DNA of 64,000 nt. Origin: Tubulanus polymorphus (taxonomy: Eukaryota; Animalia; Nemertea). The notes under the pieces were generated by a model. That model saw only the letters and a list, made by a program, of their open reading frames with translations. It had not been told where the DNA came from and did no database searches. This document shows positions 1 to 12,515 of this stretch, in pieces. Numbering within the stretch: the first letter of the stretch is position 1; each line of letters begins with the position of its first letter. The position numbers and the translations under genes were made by a program. The stretch lies in NCBI RefSeq assembly GCF_964204645.1, contig NC_134030.1, positions 9,079,222 to 9,143,221 on the forward strand, written 5' to 3'.

Positions 1-2017
1 TAGCCATTCGAGATTGTTACTGATTCGCCTATTTCAAGATCTGATATTCCGTTTTCAACCTTTTCGACTAAATTTTCACGATCTTCCGTATCGTGGTTAT
101 GACTATTTTCTGCAGTCTTTGGCTCGTTAGTATCAGCATTTTCGTTTATCAGTGGAGGCTCTGAAACTGCGTTGTTGTAACTCGTTTCTTCATCAAGGTC
201 AGATACACCCAATTCTTTCTGTAGTACAGGCCACAGTCCATCCATCCATGGCTCCACAACTACCTCTAGCCTGCAAAACAAACAGGTACCTAAGATACAA
301 GATAATGTAACATATTGATGATGGTCTCGTAAGGACTTAATGTTAAATGATACCGCCTCAACCAAATATTTACAAATGACAGGAAAACGTTTGATTGAAA
401 CGACGTAGTGTCCTCAGGCTTGTTAAGGTTTTATGCGAGGCTAGTCATTTGTTGGGGGATTGAATTCTGACATAATTGGCAGACGAAATTCCAAAATCGC
501 ACATGTTCCATAGTTTTTCAGAGTTATGCAGTTTCTGGAACTTATCACCATAGAAACTAGGGGTCCAAAAACATGGTGGCCACTTGGAACGCGGATTGTT
601 TGGTCAACAATCTGACAGTTTCAATATTCAATGCCCCCTGGTAAAACACAGAAACCAATGATCACAGCGCAATCCAAGAACATGTCATAAACCTATAACT
701 GTGCAATTAAATGTGGTAACACAATATCTATACATCCCAAAATATGCCCTAAATGGAAATACTAGATAATTTCCCCATTCATCGACCATGATCAAGTCAA
801 TGACCTGATAGCGAGCACTTACCCTACAGCATCATCTCCATATCCTGTAGCGTAGAAGTGTTTGGCGCCGAGTTCTTGCAACCTTTCATCGAATATCCGA
901 CAGCAATTACAAAAGTTTGTATAGTTCGAATCGCCCAAACCTATCGCGAAAAACATCAGATTCAGTATGGAAAAACATCGACTACTCAAACCAAGAAATG
1001 AAAACTGATTAATCCTGTATTACGCACCTAGTATAGCGTATTTGACATCGCTGAGGAGATCGGTGGGTAACGTTTTTTTCTTGATCCGACGCCAAAATTT
1101 CAGAGCGGTATCCGGAGGGTCTCCTTCGCCGGTCGTCGAGACAACGATGACGACGTACTTTTCACGCTCGATATTGAACTGAAAAGGCGATCGAAAAAGA
1201 CGTATCGTTAAAGGGGTTAACCGGGGGTCAAAGGGTGCTGACGCTGTCATTTTTATTTAAGAGGCCTTGCCATGTCCCAAGAATGGAAACTGAAAACAGT
1301 ACTCCTGTCAACTTTAGGCCCGTATTTAGGTCGAGAGGGTTCTTAATACCCCAAGGACCCAACATTCCTGCTAGCACCTGAAAAAAGTTCCACTTTCATG
1401 AAAATTGGACCTCCCCCCTGAGACATGGATGGCTACGGGCACAAACTTGGTCATTAGATAATTTGTTGCATCATTTAATCCACAAAATTGTTTATTTTCA
1501 ACGTTTGAAAATCCAACTTCATTGGTCCAGGTCTGCATACACAGAGATGAACCCATTTCAATCATTGAAGTGCCAGTTTGTATTTTGCAAAACAATTTCT
1601 TGACCGGCAGGTCGTCCTTTGGATAAGTCATCAATATATAATGATCACTACGATGAATTAAATAAGTTCAACTGTTATACATAGAGGGGATGGTTGGCCG
1701 ATCGGCATTGATGACATGGTGACTTAATTGCAATCCAGTCACTGAATAAGTTGAAGGATGAAAAGAAACTTTGGCTGATGGTGGCCAGTAAGAGTAGTCT
1801 AGAATGAGAAAACGAAAACAAGCACTACCGTATCTACATTACAGAATTTGTTCATCAGAATTTTTTGACAAACCTTTTTATCAGTTTTGCTGAGACAGTG
1901 AAGTTCTGGATGAAGATTGTACGAAAGAGCAGTTTCAAACATCTCTTCAGCAATCGCCTCTGCCTGACCCGTCTGCGAGCCGTACACCAACAAGAATCTA
2001 CCCTTTTTTTCTGGCAT
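1..2017 (-). CDS. MTRR: Methionine synthase reductase, 5' part (flavodoxin/FMN domain plus start of the linker); gene continues beyond the left edge
   Basis: Four GT-AG exons in consistent phase: 2017-1874, 1178-1028, 940-823, 270-<1. They translate to [25 protein letters not shown]...[20 protein letters not shown]...[16 protein letters not shown]...[36 protein letters not shown], matching recalled MTRR motifs (STTGxGDPPDTA, GLGDS, DDxVGLExVVEPW). Confidence 0.92.
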
Positions 2018-2413
2018 TTGACTTTGATTGATGATTATGCTAATGTTTACGAATAACCACTAATTTCACGCAATTCTCATAAATGATCTGTTTAAAATAT
2101 AAAAGTTATTTATATTATATTAGCATATGTTTAAAATATAAAATATAACAAAGTTATCTTTTAAGATAAAGATAAGAAATCTAATTTCATCAAACAAACA
2201 AACAAAGCCAAGAGTTTCCACAAAATTTTCGAAGAGTCAAAATCAGGTTTATTTACGATCTTTTACTGCCGGCCGTCCGTTGTATAATCACATAGACATG
2301 TTCATTGCGACGGTGCGTTACGAAATGACGTCCGGATAAGGTTGATGTTGATCTATAAACAGTGAATTTGGTGGCAGCACCGTACGGTCCCCAAGCTGAA
2401 TTTCTGTGAACTA

Positions 2414-2757
2414 AGGCGTTTTTACGAGCATCCGATTTTTGCGATCGATCGTAGGAACGCATTTACGAGCACCGATTTTTGCGATCGATTTCACAATCGG
2501 CGTTTTTACGAACACGATTTTCCGATCGATTTTTGAAATCGACCAACTCGCTCGGCGAGCGATTTGGCGATTTGATTTCCAAGATGGCGGCACCGGGTAG
2601 TTCAAAACCATACATTTTTTTCCTCAACGTCGCCATATTTATGTCATGTGATTAGCCAAATCCATCGTCATTTTTACGAACGTTCAATTCGATCGTACGA
2701 TCGGAGCAAATCGTTCACGAAATCGATCGCAAAAATCGGATGCTCGTAAAAACGCCT
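2414..2757. mobile_element. MITE, PIF/Harbinger-like
   Basis: Perfect 36-bp TIRs (AGGCGTTTTTACGAGCATCCGATTTTTGCGATCGAT at 2414-2449, reverse complement at 2722-2757), internal sub-terminal repeats, and a 3-bp direct repeat CTA on both flanks. Confidence 0.8.
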
Positions 2758-2841
2758 CTAATATATAATACTACCACGAGCATCCTCGCTTGCCAGGGGT
2801 CCGGTATCGCTCCCGAACTCGCTTCCACCAGCCCCCTGGCC

Positions 2842-3045
2842 CACAGGGGCTCGTATCAGAGTTGTAGGTAATGTAAAAACGATAATCTGTTAATCCAATG
2901 TATATAGTTTATATAAAATATTATTTGATATATATAATGTATATAGTTTATATAAAATATTATTTGATATATACTATATAGGCCTACGTTGGATTAACAG
3001 ATTATCGTTTTTACATTACCTACAACTCTGATACGAGCCCCTGTG
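2842..3045. mobile_element. MITE with 57-bp TIRs and 8-bp TSD (P-element-like CANRG termini)
   Basis: Perfect TIRs starting CACAGGGGCTCGTATCAG. CCCTGGCC is duplicated at 2834-2841 and 3046-3053. The AT-only core contains a ~38-bp tandem duplication. Confidence 0.8.
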
Positions 3046-3055
3046 CCCTGGCCTG

Positions 3056-3297
3056 TGTGTTCTGATGTTGATTTTCTGAGATACAACTCAGGTTTTCTTA
3101 AGAATTAGAAGTTATACGTATTAAATTGAATGAGCTCAACATACACAGAATGAATTGTTGTTGTATCATGGTAAGTTTGAAAAACGGATGAAACATGAAT
3201 TGCAAAGTCAATCCAGGTTTAATTGTTGGTATCATGTATACCGGTATCGGTTTAATTTCAGAAAGTAACCTCAATCACGAATCAAAGAGATTAACGA
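3056..3297 (+). repeat. ~240 bp direct repeat, copy 1 (copy 2 at 17130-17361)
   Basis: Colinear blocks are shared with copy 2, e.g. CTGAGATACAACTCAGG, CACAGAATGAATTGTTGTTGTATCATGGT, TTTGAAAAACGGATGAAACATGAATTG, TCAATCACGAATCAAAGAGATTAA. Confidence 0.9.
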
Positions 3298-3577
3298 ATC
3301 CAGCATTATTTAACCTTTAATAGAAATGCTTTAACCCTAACCCTGATCACTTCTGTAGGTGCGGCCCTTGTCATCAAATCGCGCTTGTTTTCGAAGGATA
3401 CACCGCCAAATATTCTAATGCCGTTTTTCTAAAAGTCGAACGTCGATAAATTGACCGTAAGTCCAAGAGAGACAAGTTCGACCGTACTTTAAGCGTCCAA
3501 AAAACCCGTCGTATTTTGCTTTAATGATTTATTCGTCGGTTTTTTAGGAAGCGTTGAATCGGTACAATATCTCAGCG

Positions 3578-4212
3578 ATGCCGACCTTCACCTTCTTCAA
3601 AAACAAGGTCAAAGTCGAAAGGAAAACGTCAAAAAGCATTATCAAGAGCCAGGAGAAAGTGATGAAACAGTCGAAGTTAAAGGCCACGTACCGGTAAGTT
3701 TGTGAAATATAGTAGACTCTGTCTCTTACTTCGGTAAAGTTGAGACTGGTAAAATTCTACCCCGAGTTGGTGTCAAATACTGAGTAAGAAGTTTGTGAAA
3801 TATAGTAGACTCTGACTCTTACTGCGGTAACGTTCTCTTTTTTGTGAAATTTGGTGATTGTTTATTTCACGTATGTTTAGATATTTCAGTCACGGATTTA
3901 TTTGGAATTTCAACCTGAATTGAGACAATGAATTCTGAGATATTTTCACCATCTGTAGAACTCTGTTTACAGCGGGACCTCGTTTTAAAAATTTATCAGT
4001 TAATACAAAACTAGAATTCCATTCCAGATAAGACAATATCAATTATTTCCATACTTGATAACGAGTTATAACTAACAGATTTTCTGGTGCCCTGAAGTTC
4101 GTTGCAACGAGGTTCCGCTGTATAATTTTCTAAATTCAAAGAATGTTTTACAGACTTTTTAACATCAATAATTAACCACTAAGAAATACTTTCTTTTTAT
4201 TATTTCAGGTAG
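3578..4212 (+). CDS. Putative spliced 39-aa lysine-rich microprotein (or decayed gene fragment)
   Basis: Acceptor TTTTTAG at 3547, ATG at 3578, donor CG|GTAAGT at 3694, acceptor TATTTCAG at 4208 followed by G-TAG stop, and AATAAA near 4391. Product: MPTFTFFKNKVKVERKTSKSIIKSQEKVMKQSKLKATYR. No homology recognised. Confidence 0.3.
3970..4120. mobile_element. Tc1/mariner (pogo/Tigger-like) MITE
   Basis: TIRs CAGCGGGACCTCGTT / AACGAGGTTCCGCTG flanked by TA on both sides. Confidence 0.7.
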
Positions 4213-4855
4213 CGGGAAAGAAAGGCGAGAGTTATTGATGGCGAGGGTCAATATTGAACGTACATTATTTCACCAAGAAACAAAGATTAGGAACTTAAGG
4301 GATTAATTTCACCAGAGACACATTACAACAGCGAGCGTATGAATTTGCACGAGGCAAATTGAAAATTACCACTTTTATTGTATCGTGATTAATAAACTCA
4401 ATATTATTATTATCATTTACTGAATGGTTTTTCTTTTGAGTTTATTTTTCTTCAGAGGACCGGCATCAATGATGACATGATTTTTGTAGGCTTAAGCAAA
4501 ATTTAACACATAATGCGGAAAAAAGTGGCAGGTGGCAGTTTTTCAGTCAGTGAATTGCATCAATGCCTAATCATGACTTGTCTGACTTATCACAACTAGT
4601 ATCCTCATGGACAGACTGACCCTGTACGCATGATTTAATACCGCCATAATCTTTGACCAAAATCAAAAATGGGATAAGAGTAAATTGGAACAAGATACGA
4701 ATATGGACTTTCCTAAATTTACATGATGATGTACCGTTTAATCCAGTATCAAAATTAAAGAAAACAATTTCTTTTTCAAATTATGAGTGGTAAGCATGAA
4801 GTTTTGGCAGAATTTCAGAGGATCCGTGCTCCAAGTAATTAGAAAATCCCTTTTA

Positions 4856-5030
4856 AGGGATTGCTTCGGGCAGGGATTAATAATTCTGTCTTCCTTTGCG
4901 TGCTAGAATTCATTGATTCACTGCGGGATCGCTTGCCTGTCTTCCTTTGAGTGTTAGTATTCATTGATTCCCAGTGGGTTGCTTCGGGCAGGGATAAGTC
5001 TTGTCTTCCTTCGAGTGCTAGTGCGGGCAA
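4856..5030. repeat. Short degenerate tandem repeat (~50-70 bp units)
   Basis: Recurrent TTGCTTCGGGCAGGGAT and TGTCTTCCTT...GTG(C/T)TAG...ATTCATTGATTC motifs. Confidence 0.6.
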
Positions 5031-8000
5031 TCCAGTTGCGCTACTCTATTTTCGTCACATGTAATCTTACAGGTATGTCAGTTACCGACGTCACCCGGCA
5101 CACCCTGTCGGTAAATGGTGAAAGTAAGGCGTCGTCATTCTGGGTTTCGCGTTCTGTGTGAGGGCGTGTAGAGGGCAGTATATTCCTGGCTGGCTCATTG
5201 TCTGGTGTTCTTGGCATGTGACCGGCGACGGAGAGCTGAAAAGCTTTCGGACATTAGTTTTGTTCCGTACCAGGTTTTCATCGCTCTTCTCTTTTTTTTC
5301 ATTTCAGGACTCCCAAGATGAAGAAGAAGATGCTGAAGGCGACTACAACGAAGACGATGCCGAAAAAAGAAACTGAATTCAGCAATATTGAAAGTTAAGT
5401 TGATACACATGTAAATTACGATGCGTGATACGGAAAGGATTGTGTAACTAGAGAATATCATTCTTTTACTCATTTCAGGTTAATCCGGAAAGGCCCATCT
5501 AAAATCTGCCCACCAGAAGTGTCCACAAAAGACTCCACGTTGAATGAACCAAACACCGAAAGTCCTGCCGCAACCAAACCTGGCAGTCTCATCCTGCATG
5601 GCAACAGGAATGCATACATACATAAAGCTAAGTTGATTTTTCATATCTGGGGTAGAATGCATAGGCACTGGTGAGGATAGAGATGCTGGTCAAGCTAACC
5701 ATCGCACTACTTTATTGAAGCTCTATGGCCGGCATATTGTTAAAAGTAAATTGAAATATAGTTAGGGCAATGATTGCTTGAATATTTACAATATTAGACG
5801 AAATGATTGAGTGAGGTCCCTTGAATATTCTTTGGTCTGATAATAAAAATGTAGATTGGTCAGTTATTGATTAAAAGATTTGTACAATTAAGCTAAATTC
5901 AATATCTAATGTGAAATTTTTCAAATGTACCGTAGATATTTCAGGCCTCATAAAGCTTGTTTAACTGACATCAAGATATAGATAGGACAATTTACTAATT
6001 AACCAATCGCTTAGATATTAGCAATCATTCAATATCTTATAATGTTTGACGAGAAACTCTTCGGGTGTAGATATTTTAGGGCCCCGTATTCATGTAGGCT
6101 GGCTTTACCTGTAAAGATATATATCAATTAAACTTTATCGTCAGTTAATAGATCTTTTTTACAAATAGTATATTGATACATTTATAAACATTCAGGCACT
6201 TTACAGTATATATTATATGCTGCTTTACCCATTGCATTAATGAATTTCTGGGGGAAAGATGTATAAAATATTGTCTAGGGCTCTATCAAGATCTGGTGTA
6301 ATATATATATGGGGAAAACTATGGACTGCAGGTCTTTTAGAAACCGTGATTAGGTCTCAGCGCTTTGATAAATCTAGAGTAAAAAAAGCTTTCATTGAGT
6401 CAAATCATTCCACAGAGCCATACTCTGTGCCTTGTTATGCGCTATGATTATTGTTTAACTGAAAATTGTCATATATAGCTAGGAAAAATTGCTCATTAAC
6501 CAATGGCTTAGATCCACAATTAAGATGAATTCTATATTTCTAAGATCAAAAACTATTTATACGGTATGTAATACAGGTCCATAATATAAATGTCGTAAAA
6601 CTGAAAATTTAAATATAGCCGATATATGTATGAGCACATCTGAATCAGTCTCATCGACTGATCAGTATTTACATCTCCAACTGACGTGCTTATGGCAACT
6701 GGTCACGTTCTTCAAAATTGCCAAAATTTACCTAAACCTAACTGATTCATCTAAAAGCCATACTGTGTGTCAAGTTACGCATAATAGATATTGTTTAACT
6801 GACAATTGGAATCAAAGGTGAATAACTCATTAATGTATTACTATAAGATATCTACGATTAAGGAAAATTCAGGTCCATGGACATTTAAAATGTAGCTGAT
6901 ACATGTGTATCTGATCACATTTATCTATCTGTATCTAGTGAACCTATTGTGTCCTCATACAGCTGTATTAGTTTTGATACATATTGCCAAAATCATTTCA
7001 CACAGATTTACTTCCGATCGAAGGGAGATAAAACAATTCTGTACATTCACAAATACATTCCTGATTTTGGAAGGGAGAATATTTCAATTTCACTGTGTAT
7101 GTCAGATTGAGAGCCTTATTCTGACAGGATATCCTAAACTTAGGTCTTATTCCTCTTGCTAATAGCTCTCTTTTACTAACCCCTCTCCTTCAAACTATTT
7201 TCTAGCATCATGTCTTGCACCGCACCAGGGAGCTCCGGTCATAACAAGGTCTTTTGGTCCTTATACACAGTGTACTACTATAAATGGGAAATAAAGATTA
7301 TATAGCAATTCGGCTTTAAGGGAATTTTTAATTTACCACTTAAATGTGCTTTTATCTTAATTTCTGATGAATTCATAATAGTGATGAATTCACCACATCT
7401 GAGATTCTACTCATGTAGATTTTTAGGCTCCATGTTCAACTGACTATTAAAATGTAGCTAGTATGATTACTAATTAACGGGTCGCTTAGATATCTAGAAG
7501 ATTAATTAAAATTAATTCAATGTAATGAATATAAGTGAAAATTATTTAAAAAATAGTGCAGTGGATGAGACGACTATATCGTGCAATGTCACCTTCGTCA
7601 TAACTGGGCGACATGTGGTTGGGATCTGTTGAATCAGTTAGGTTTTGGGGAATTCTGTATTCGTCAAACTAGATATCAAAAGCTCTGATGCAAAATAAGC
7701 ATTTTGAAATAGTGATCAATCGAAACCAGATCTGAAATTCTTGTCGTGTAGAAATATCAAGCCCCGTATAAAATATTGTCAGAGACAATTTAATTATAGC
7801 TAGGAAATTGAGTGATTAGGTATCTAAGATGAAGATTAATTCAGCATCTTCATATAAGGTAAAAGTGCTCAAATCTAAACCGTAGGGGTTGATAAGAAAA
7901 CTGTATTATCTTATTGGTTGATATCTAAAGAAAACAGGGTGTGTTTAAACTCTGTCTCTTAGACGTGGGATTTATTGAATCTTTTTAGGCTTTGCATAAT

Positions 8001-9074
8001 TCTGGATTTGTCAAGGCGTTGGAATGATTCAAGGTTTCTTAAATCTGTAGAACCATGTTGACCAGGATCAGTGTGCTCAATGCTGGCAGCGCACAGTTAG
8101 TTATATTATCATAATTACAAGATCATTGTATATATTAGGAGCAATATTTAGAATTACTGGAATGGATTAGAATAACATTCACTGGGCACAGATGTCACCA
8201 CCTATGGGTAGAAAACATATCTCTTAAAGTTTATTAATTGATGATGAAGTTAATTTGATAATACGAACATGGTTTAGCTGACAATCAAAATGTATATAGG
8301 GAAACAGTACAAAAACAATTTGATAAGATTGATTATGCATTACTAAATTTGTTGTAACTCAGGTATTCCTAGAGATGACTATAGATGCTTTAGTCGAATT
8401 GTTTTTAAACTATAATAATCAACCGTTGCTTAGATATCTAGAATATAGATGAATTACGATATGAGTTGACTTTCATATAGATATTGTTTAATAATTGACT
8501 ATTATCAAAATCTACTTACCGGTCCACATTGCTGATCTTATATTATGAATTGACACCTTAATTATGATCAGAGATATTCGAAAGGATTCTGCTCTTTTTT
8601 TCAGCTATACTACTAATCAACTAGTCATAAAATGTACAAAATGATCTTCAACCTTGTAATATAGATATTACAAATCGCGATGTATTAAAATAGGCAGTCA
8701 ACTTTATTGACCCCAATCAGTCGCTTGCCGGTTCAGACTGGTTGGAAGATTAATCGAATGAACCGGAACCGAATTTCCCAATTATGTACTCGGATTTAAA
8801 GAAAAAGAAATTTATGTGAAATCGACCGCCGATCACACAACTATATATGTACTTCGATTTCCGATTTTGAAAAAACTTAAAACTACAAAAAAATTTAAAA
8901 CTAGACACAATTACCACCTTGTAAACTTTCGGACTATTTACTTGAAAAAAAAGACCAAAGAAATGTAAAAATTAGACAAAATTATCTTAAACCTTGTAAA
9001 CTTTCGGACTATTTACACGAAAAAAAGAGCAAAGAAATGTAAAATTAGACAACCAACTTAGGAGACCTCACCAA

Positions 9075-12000
9075 TAATGAACACGGCAATCACAAAAGGT
9101 AACTTAATATATTTGGAATTATTGCAATAAATTCTGAATGAAATATTTTGTCATTACAGGATATCTATTTTTAAGATCATTGCAGCTAAATTTCACCTCT
9201 GAGAAAAAACCCAGCTTGAGAACAACTACTCGCCCAAAATCGACCGACTTGAACAGCGCACAGATGGGGCCAACAGAACCGAACTCATTAACGCACAAAC
9301 TTCCACACCGATAACGAACCCAGCAATCATAAAAGGTAACTTGATATACATGAAATTATTACGATTAATTCTTATTGAAATATTTGGTCATTACAGGATA
9401 TCTTCTTTTAATCATTGCAGCTAAATTTCAACTATAAGAAGAAACCCAGCTTGAGATCAACTACTCGTCCAAAATCGACCAACTGGTACAGCGCACAGAT
9501 GAGGCCAACAATCGAACTCATTTACCAACCAACGAATAAGATAATTGCCGATAACGAACCAAGCAATCATAAAAGGTAACTTTATATATACATGAAATAA
9601 TTACGATTAATTCTTATTGAAATATTTTGTCATTACAGAATATCTTCTTTTAATCATTGCAGCTAAATTTCAACTATGCGAAAAAAACCCAGTTTGAGAA
9701 CAACTACTCGTCAAAAATCGACCAACTTGAGCGGCGCACAGCCAACTCATTAACCAATCAACTAATAAGATAATCGCCGATAATGAAACCAGCAATCATA
9801 AAAGGTAACTTGATATACATGGAATTATTACGATTGATTCTTATTTAAATATTTTGTTATTAAAGGATATCTTCTTATGATCATTGCAGCTATATTTCAA
9901 CTACGAGAAAAAACCCAGCTTGGGAACAACTACTCGCCCCAAATCGACCAACTTGAACAGCGCACAGATGAGGCCAACAGAATCGAACTCATTAACCCAC
10001 CAACTTTAGATGATCCACACCGATAACGAACCAAGCAATCATAAAAAGTAACTAGATATACATGAAATTATTACGATTAATTCTTATTGAAATATTTTGT
10101 CATTAAAGGATATCTTCTTTTGATCATTGCAGCTAAATTTCAACTATGAGAAAAAACCCAGTTTGAGAACAACTACTCGTCAAAAATCGACCAACTTGAA
10201 CGGCGCACAGCCAACTTGGGTCGAACTCATTAACCAATCAACTAATAAGATAATCGCCGATAATGAAACCAGCAATCATAAAAGGTAACTTGATATACAT
10301 GGAATTATTACGATTAATTCTTATTGAAATATTTTGTCATTAAAGGATATCTTCTTTTAATCATTGCAGCTTAATTTCAACTATAAGAAGAAACCCAGCT
10401 TGAGATCAGCTACTCGTCCAAAATCGACCAACTGGTACAGCAAACAGATGAGGCCAACAGAATTGAACTCATTTACCCACCAACTAATAAGATAATTGCC
10501 GATAACGAACCAAGCAATCATAAAAGGTAACTTCATATACATGAAATTATTACGATTAATTCTTATTGAAATATTTTGTCATTACAAAATATCTTCTTTT
10601 AATCATTGCAGCTTAATTTCAACTACGCGAAAAAACCCAGTTTGAGAACAACTACTCGTCAAAAATCGACCAACTTGAACGGCGCACAGCCAACTCATTA
10701 ACCAATCAACTAGTAAGATAATCGCCGATAATAAATCCAGCAATCATAAAAGGTAACTTGTTATACATGGAATTATTACGATTGATTCTTATTGAAATAT
10801 TTTGTTATTAAAGGATATCTTCTTTTGATCATTGCAGCTAAATTTTAACTATGAGAAAAACCCAGCTTGAGAACAACTACTCGCCCAAAATCGACCAACT
10901 TGAACAGCGCACAGATGGGGCCAACAGAATCGAACTCATTAACGCACAAACTTTAGATGATCCACGCCGATAACGAACCAAGCAATCATAAAAGGTAACT
11001 TGATATACATGGAATTATTACGATTAATTCTTATTGAAATATTTTGTCATTACTGGATATCTTCTTTTAATCATTACAGCTAAATTTCAACTATGAGAAA
11101 AAACCCAGTTTGAGAACAACTACTCGTCCAAAATCGACCAACTTGAACAGCGCACAGATGAGGCCAACAGAATCGAACTCATTAACCCACCAACTTTAGA
11201 TGATCCACACCGATAACGAACCAAGCAATCATAAAAGGTAACTTGATATACATGAAATTATTACGATTAATTGTTATTGAAATATTTTGTCATTAAAAGG
11301 ATATCTTCTTTAAATCATTGCAGCTAAATTTCAACTATGCAAAAAACCCAGTTTGAGAACAACTACTCGTCAAAAATCAACCAACTTAAACGGCGCACAG
11401 CCAACGTGGGTCGAACTCATTAACGCACAAACTTTAGATGATCCTTGCCGATAATGAACCAAGCAATCATAAAAGGTAACTTGATATACATGAAATTATT
11501 ACGATTAATTCTTATTGAAATATTTTGTCATTACAGAATATCTTCTTTTAATCATTGCAGCTAAATTTTAACTTTGCGAAAAAACCCAGTTTGAGAACAA
11601 CTACTCGTCAAAAATCGACCAACTTGAACGGCGCACAGCCAACTCATTAACCAATCAACTAATAAGATAATCGCCGATAACGAACCAAGCAATCATGAAA
11701 AAGGTAACTTGATATACATGGAATTATTACGATTAATTCTTATTGAAATATTTTGTCATTACTGGATATTTTCTTTTGATCATTGCAGCTAAATTTCAAC
11801 TATGAAAAAAAAAACCCAGTTTGAGAACAACTACTCGTCCAAAATCGACCAACTTGAACAGCGCACAGATGAGGCCAACAGAATCGAACTCATTAACCCA
11901 CCAACTTTAGATGATCCACACCGATAACGAACCCAGCAATAAAAGGTAACTTGATATACATGAAATTATTACGATTAATTCTTATATCATTGAAGCTCAA

Positions 12001-12515
12001 TTTCAACTATGAGAAAAAACCCAGTTTGAGAACAACTACTCGTCAAAAATCGGCAAACTTAAACGGCGCACAGCCAACTAGGATCGAACTCATTAACCAA
12101 TCAACTAATAAGATAATCGCCAATAATGAAACCAGCACTAATAAAAGGTTACTTGATACACATGGAATTATTACAATTAATTCGTATTGAAATATTTTGT
12201 CATTACAGAATATCTTCTTTTAATCATTGCAGCTAAATTTCAACTATGCAAAAAAACTCAGCTTGAAAAACAACTACTCGCTCAAAATCGACCAACTTAA
12301 GCAGCGCACAGATGAGGCCAACAGAATCGAACTCATTAACCCACCAACTTTAGATGATCCACACCGATAATGAACCAAGCAATCATAAAAGGTAACTTGA
12401 TATACATGGAATTATTACGATTAATTCTTATTGAAATATTTTGTCATTACAGGATATCTTTTAATTATTACAGCTAAATACTAACTATGAGAAAAAACCC
12501 AGCTTGAGATCAACA
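9075..12515 (+). repeat. Tandem array of ~15 units of ~225-245 bp, each with donor-like and acceptor-like splice signals
   Basis: The unit marker AAAAGGTAACT recurs near 9095, 9331, 9571, 9800, 10043, 10280, 10522, 10748, 10990, 11233, 11471, 11699, 11941, 12144 and 12387. It is usually followed ~85 nt later by TCATTGCAG|CTAAATTTCAAC. Confidence 0.95.

Noticed and set aside
3331-3344. TTAACCCTAACCCT telomere-like or piggyBac-like end
   Set aside because: Only two units, and no matching opposite terminus was found.
9075-12515. CRISPR array, or a continuous repeat-protein ORF
   Set aside because: Whole units are homologous with no unique spacers, the context is eukaryotic, and the spliced units do not maintain one frame.
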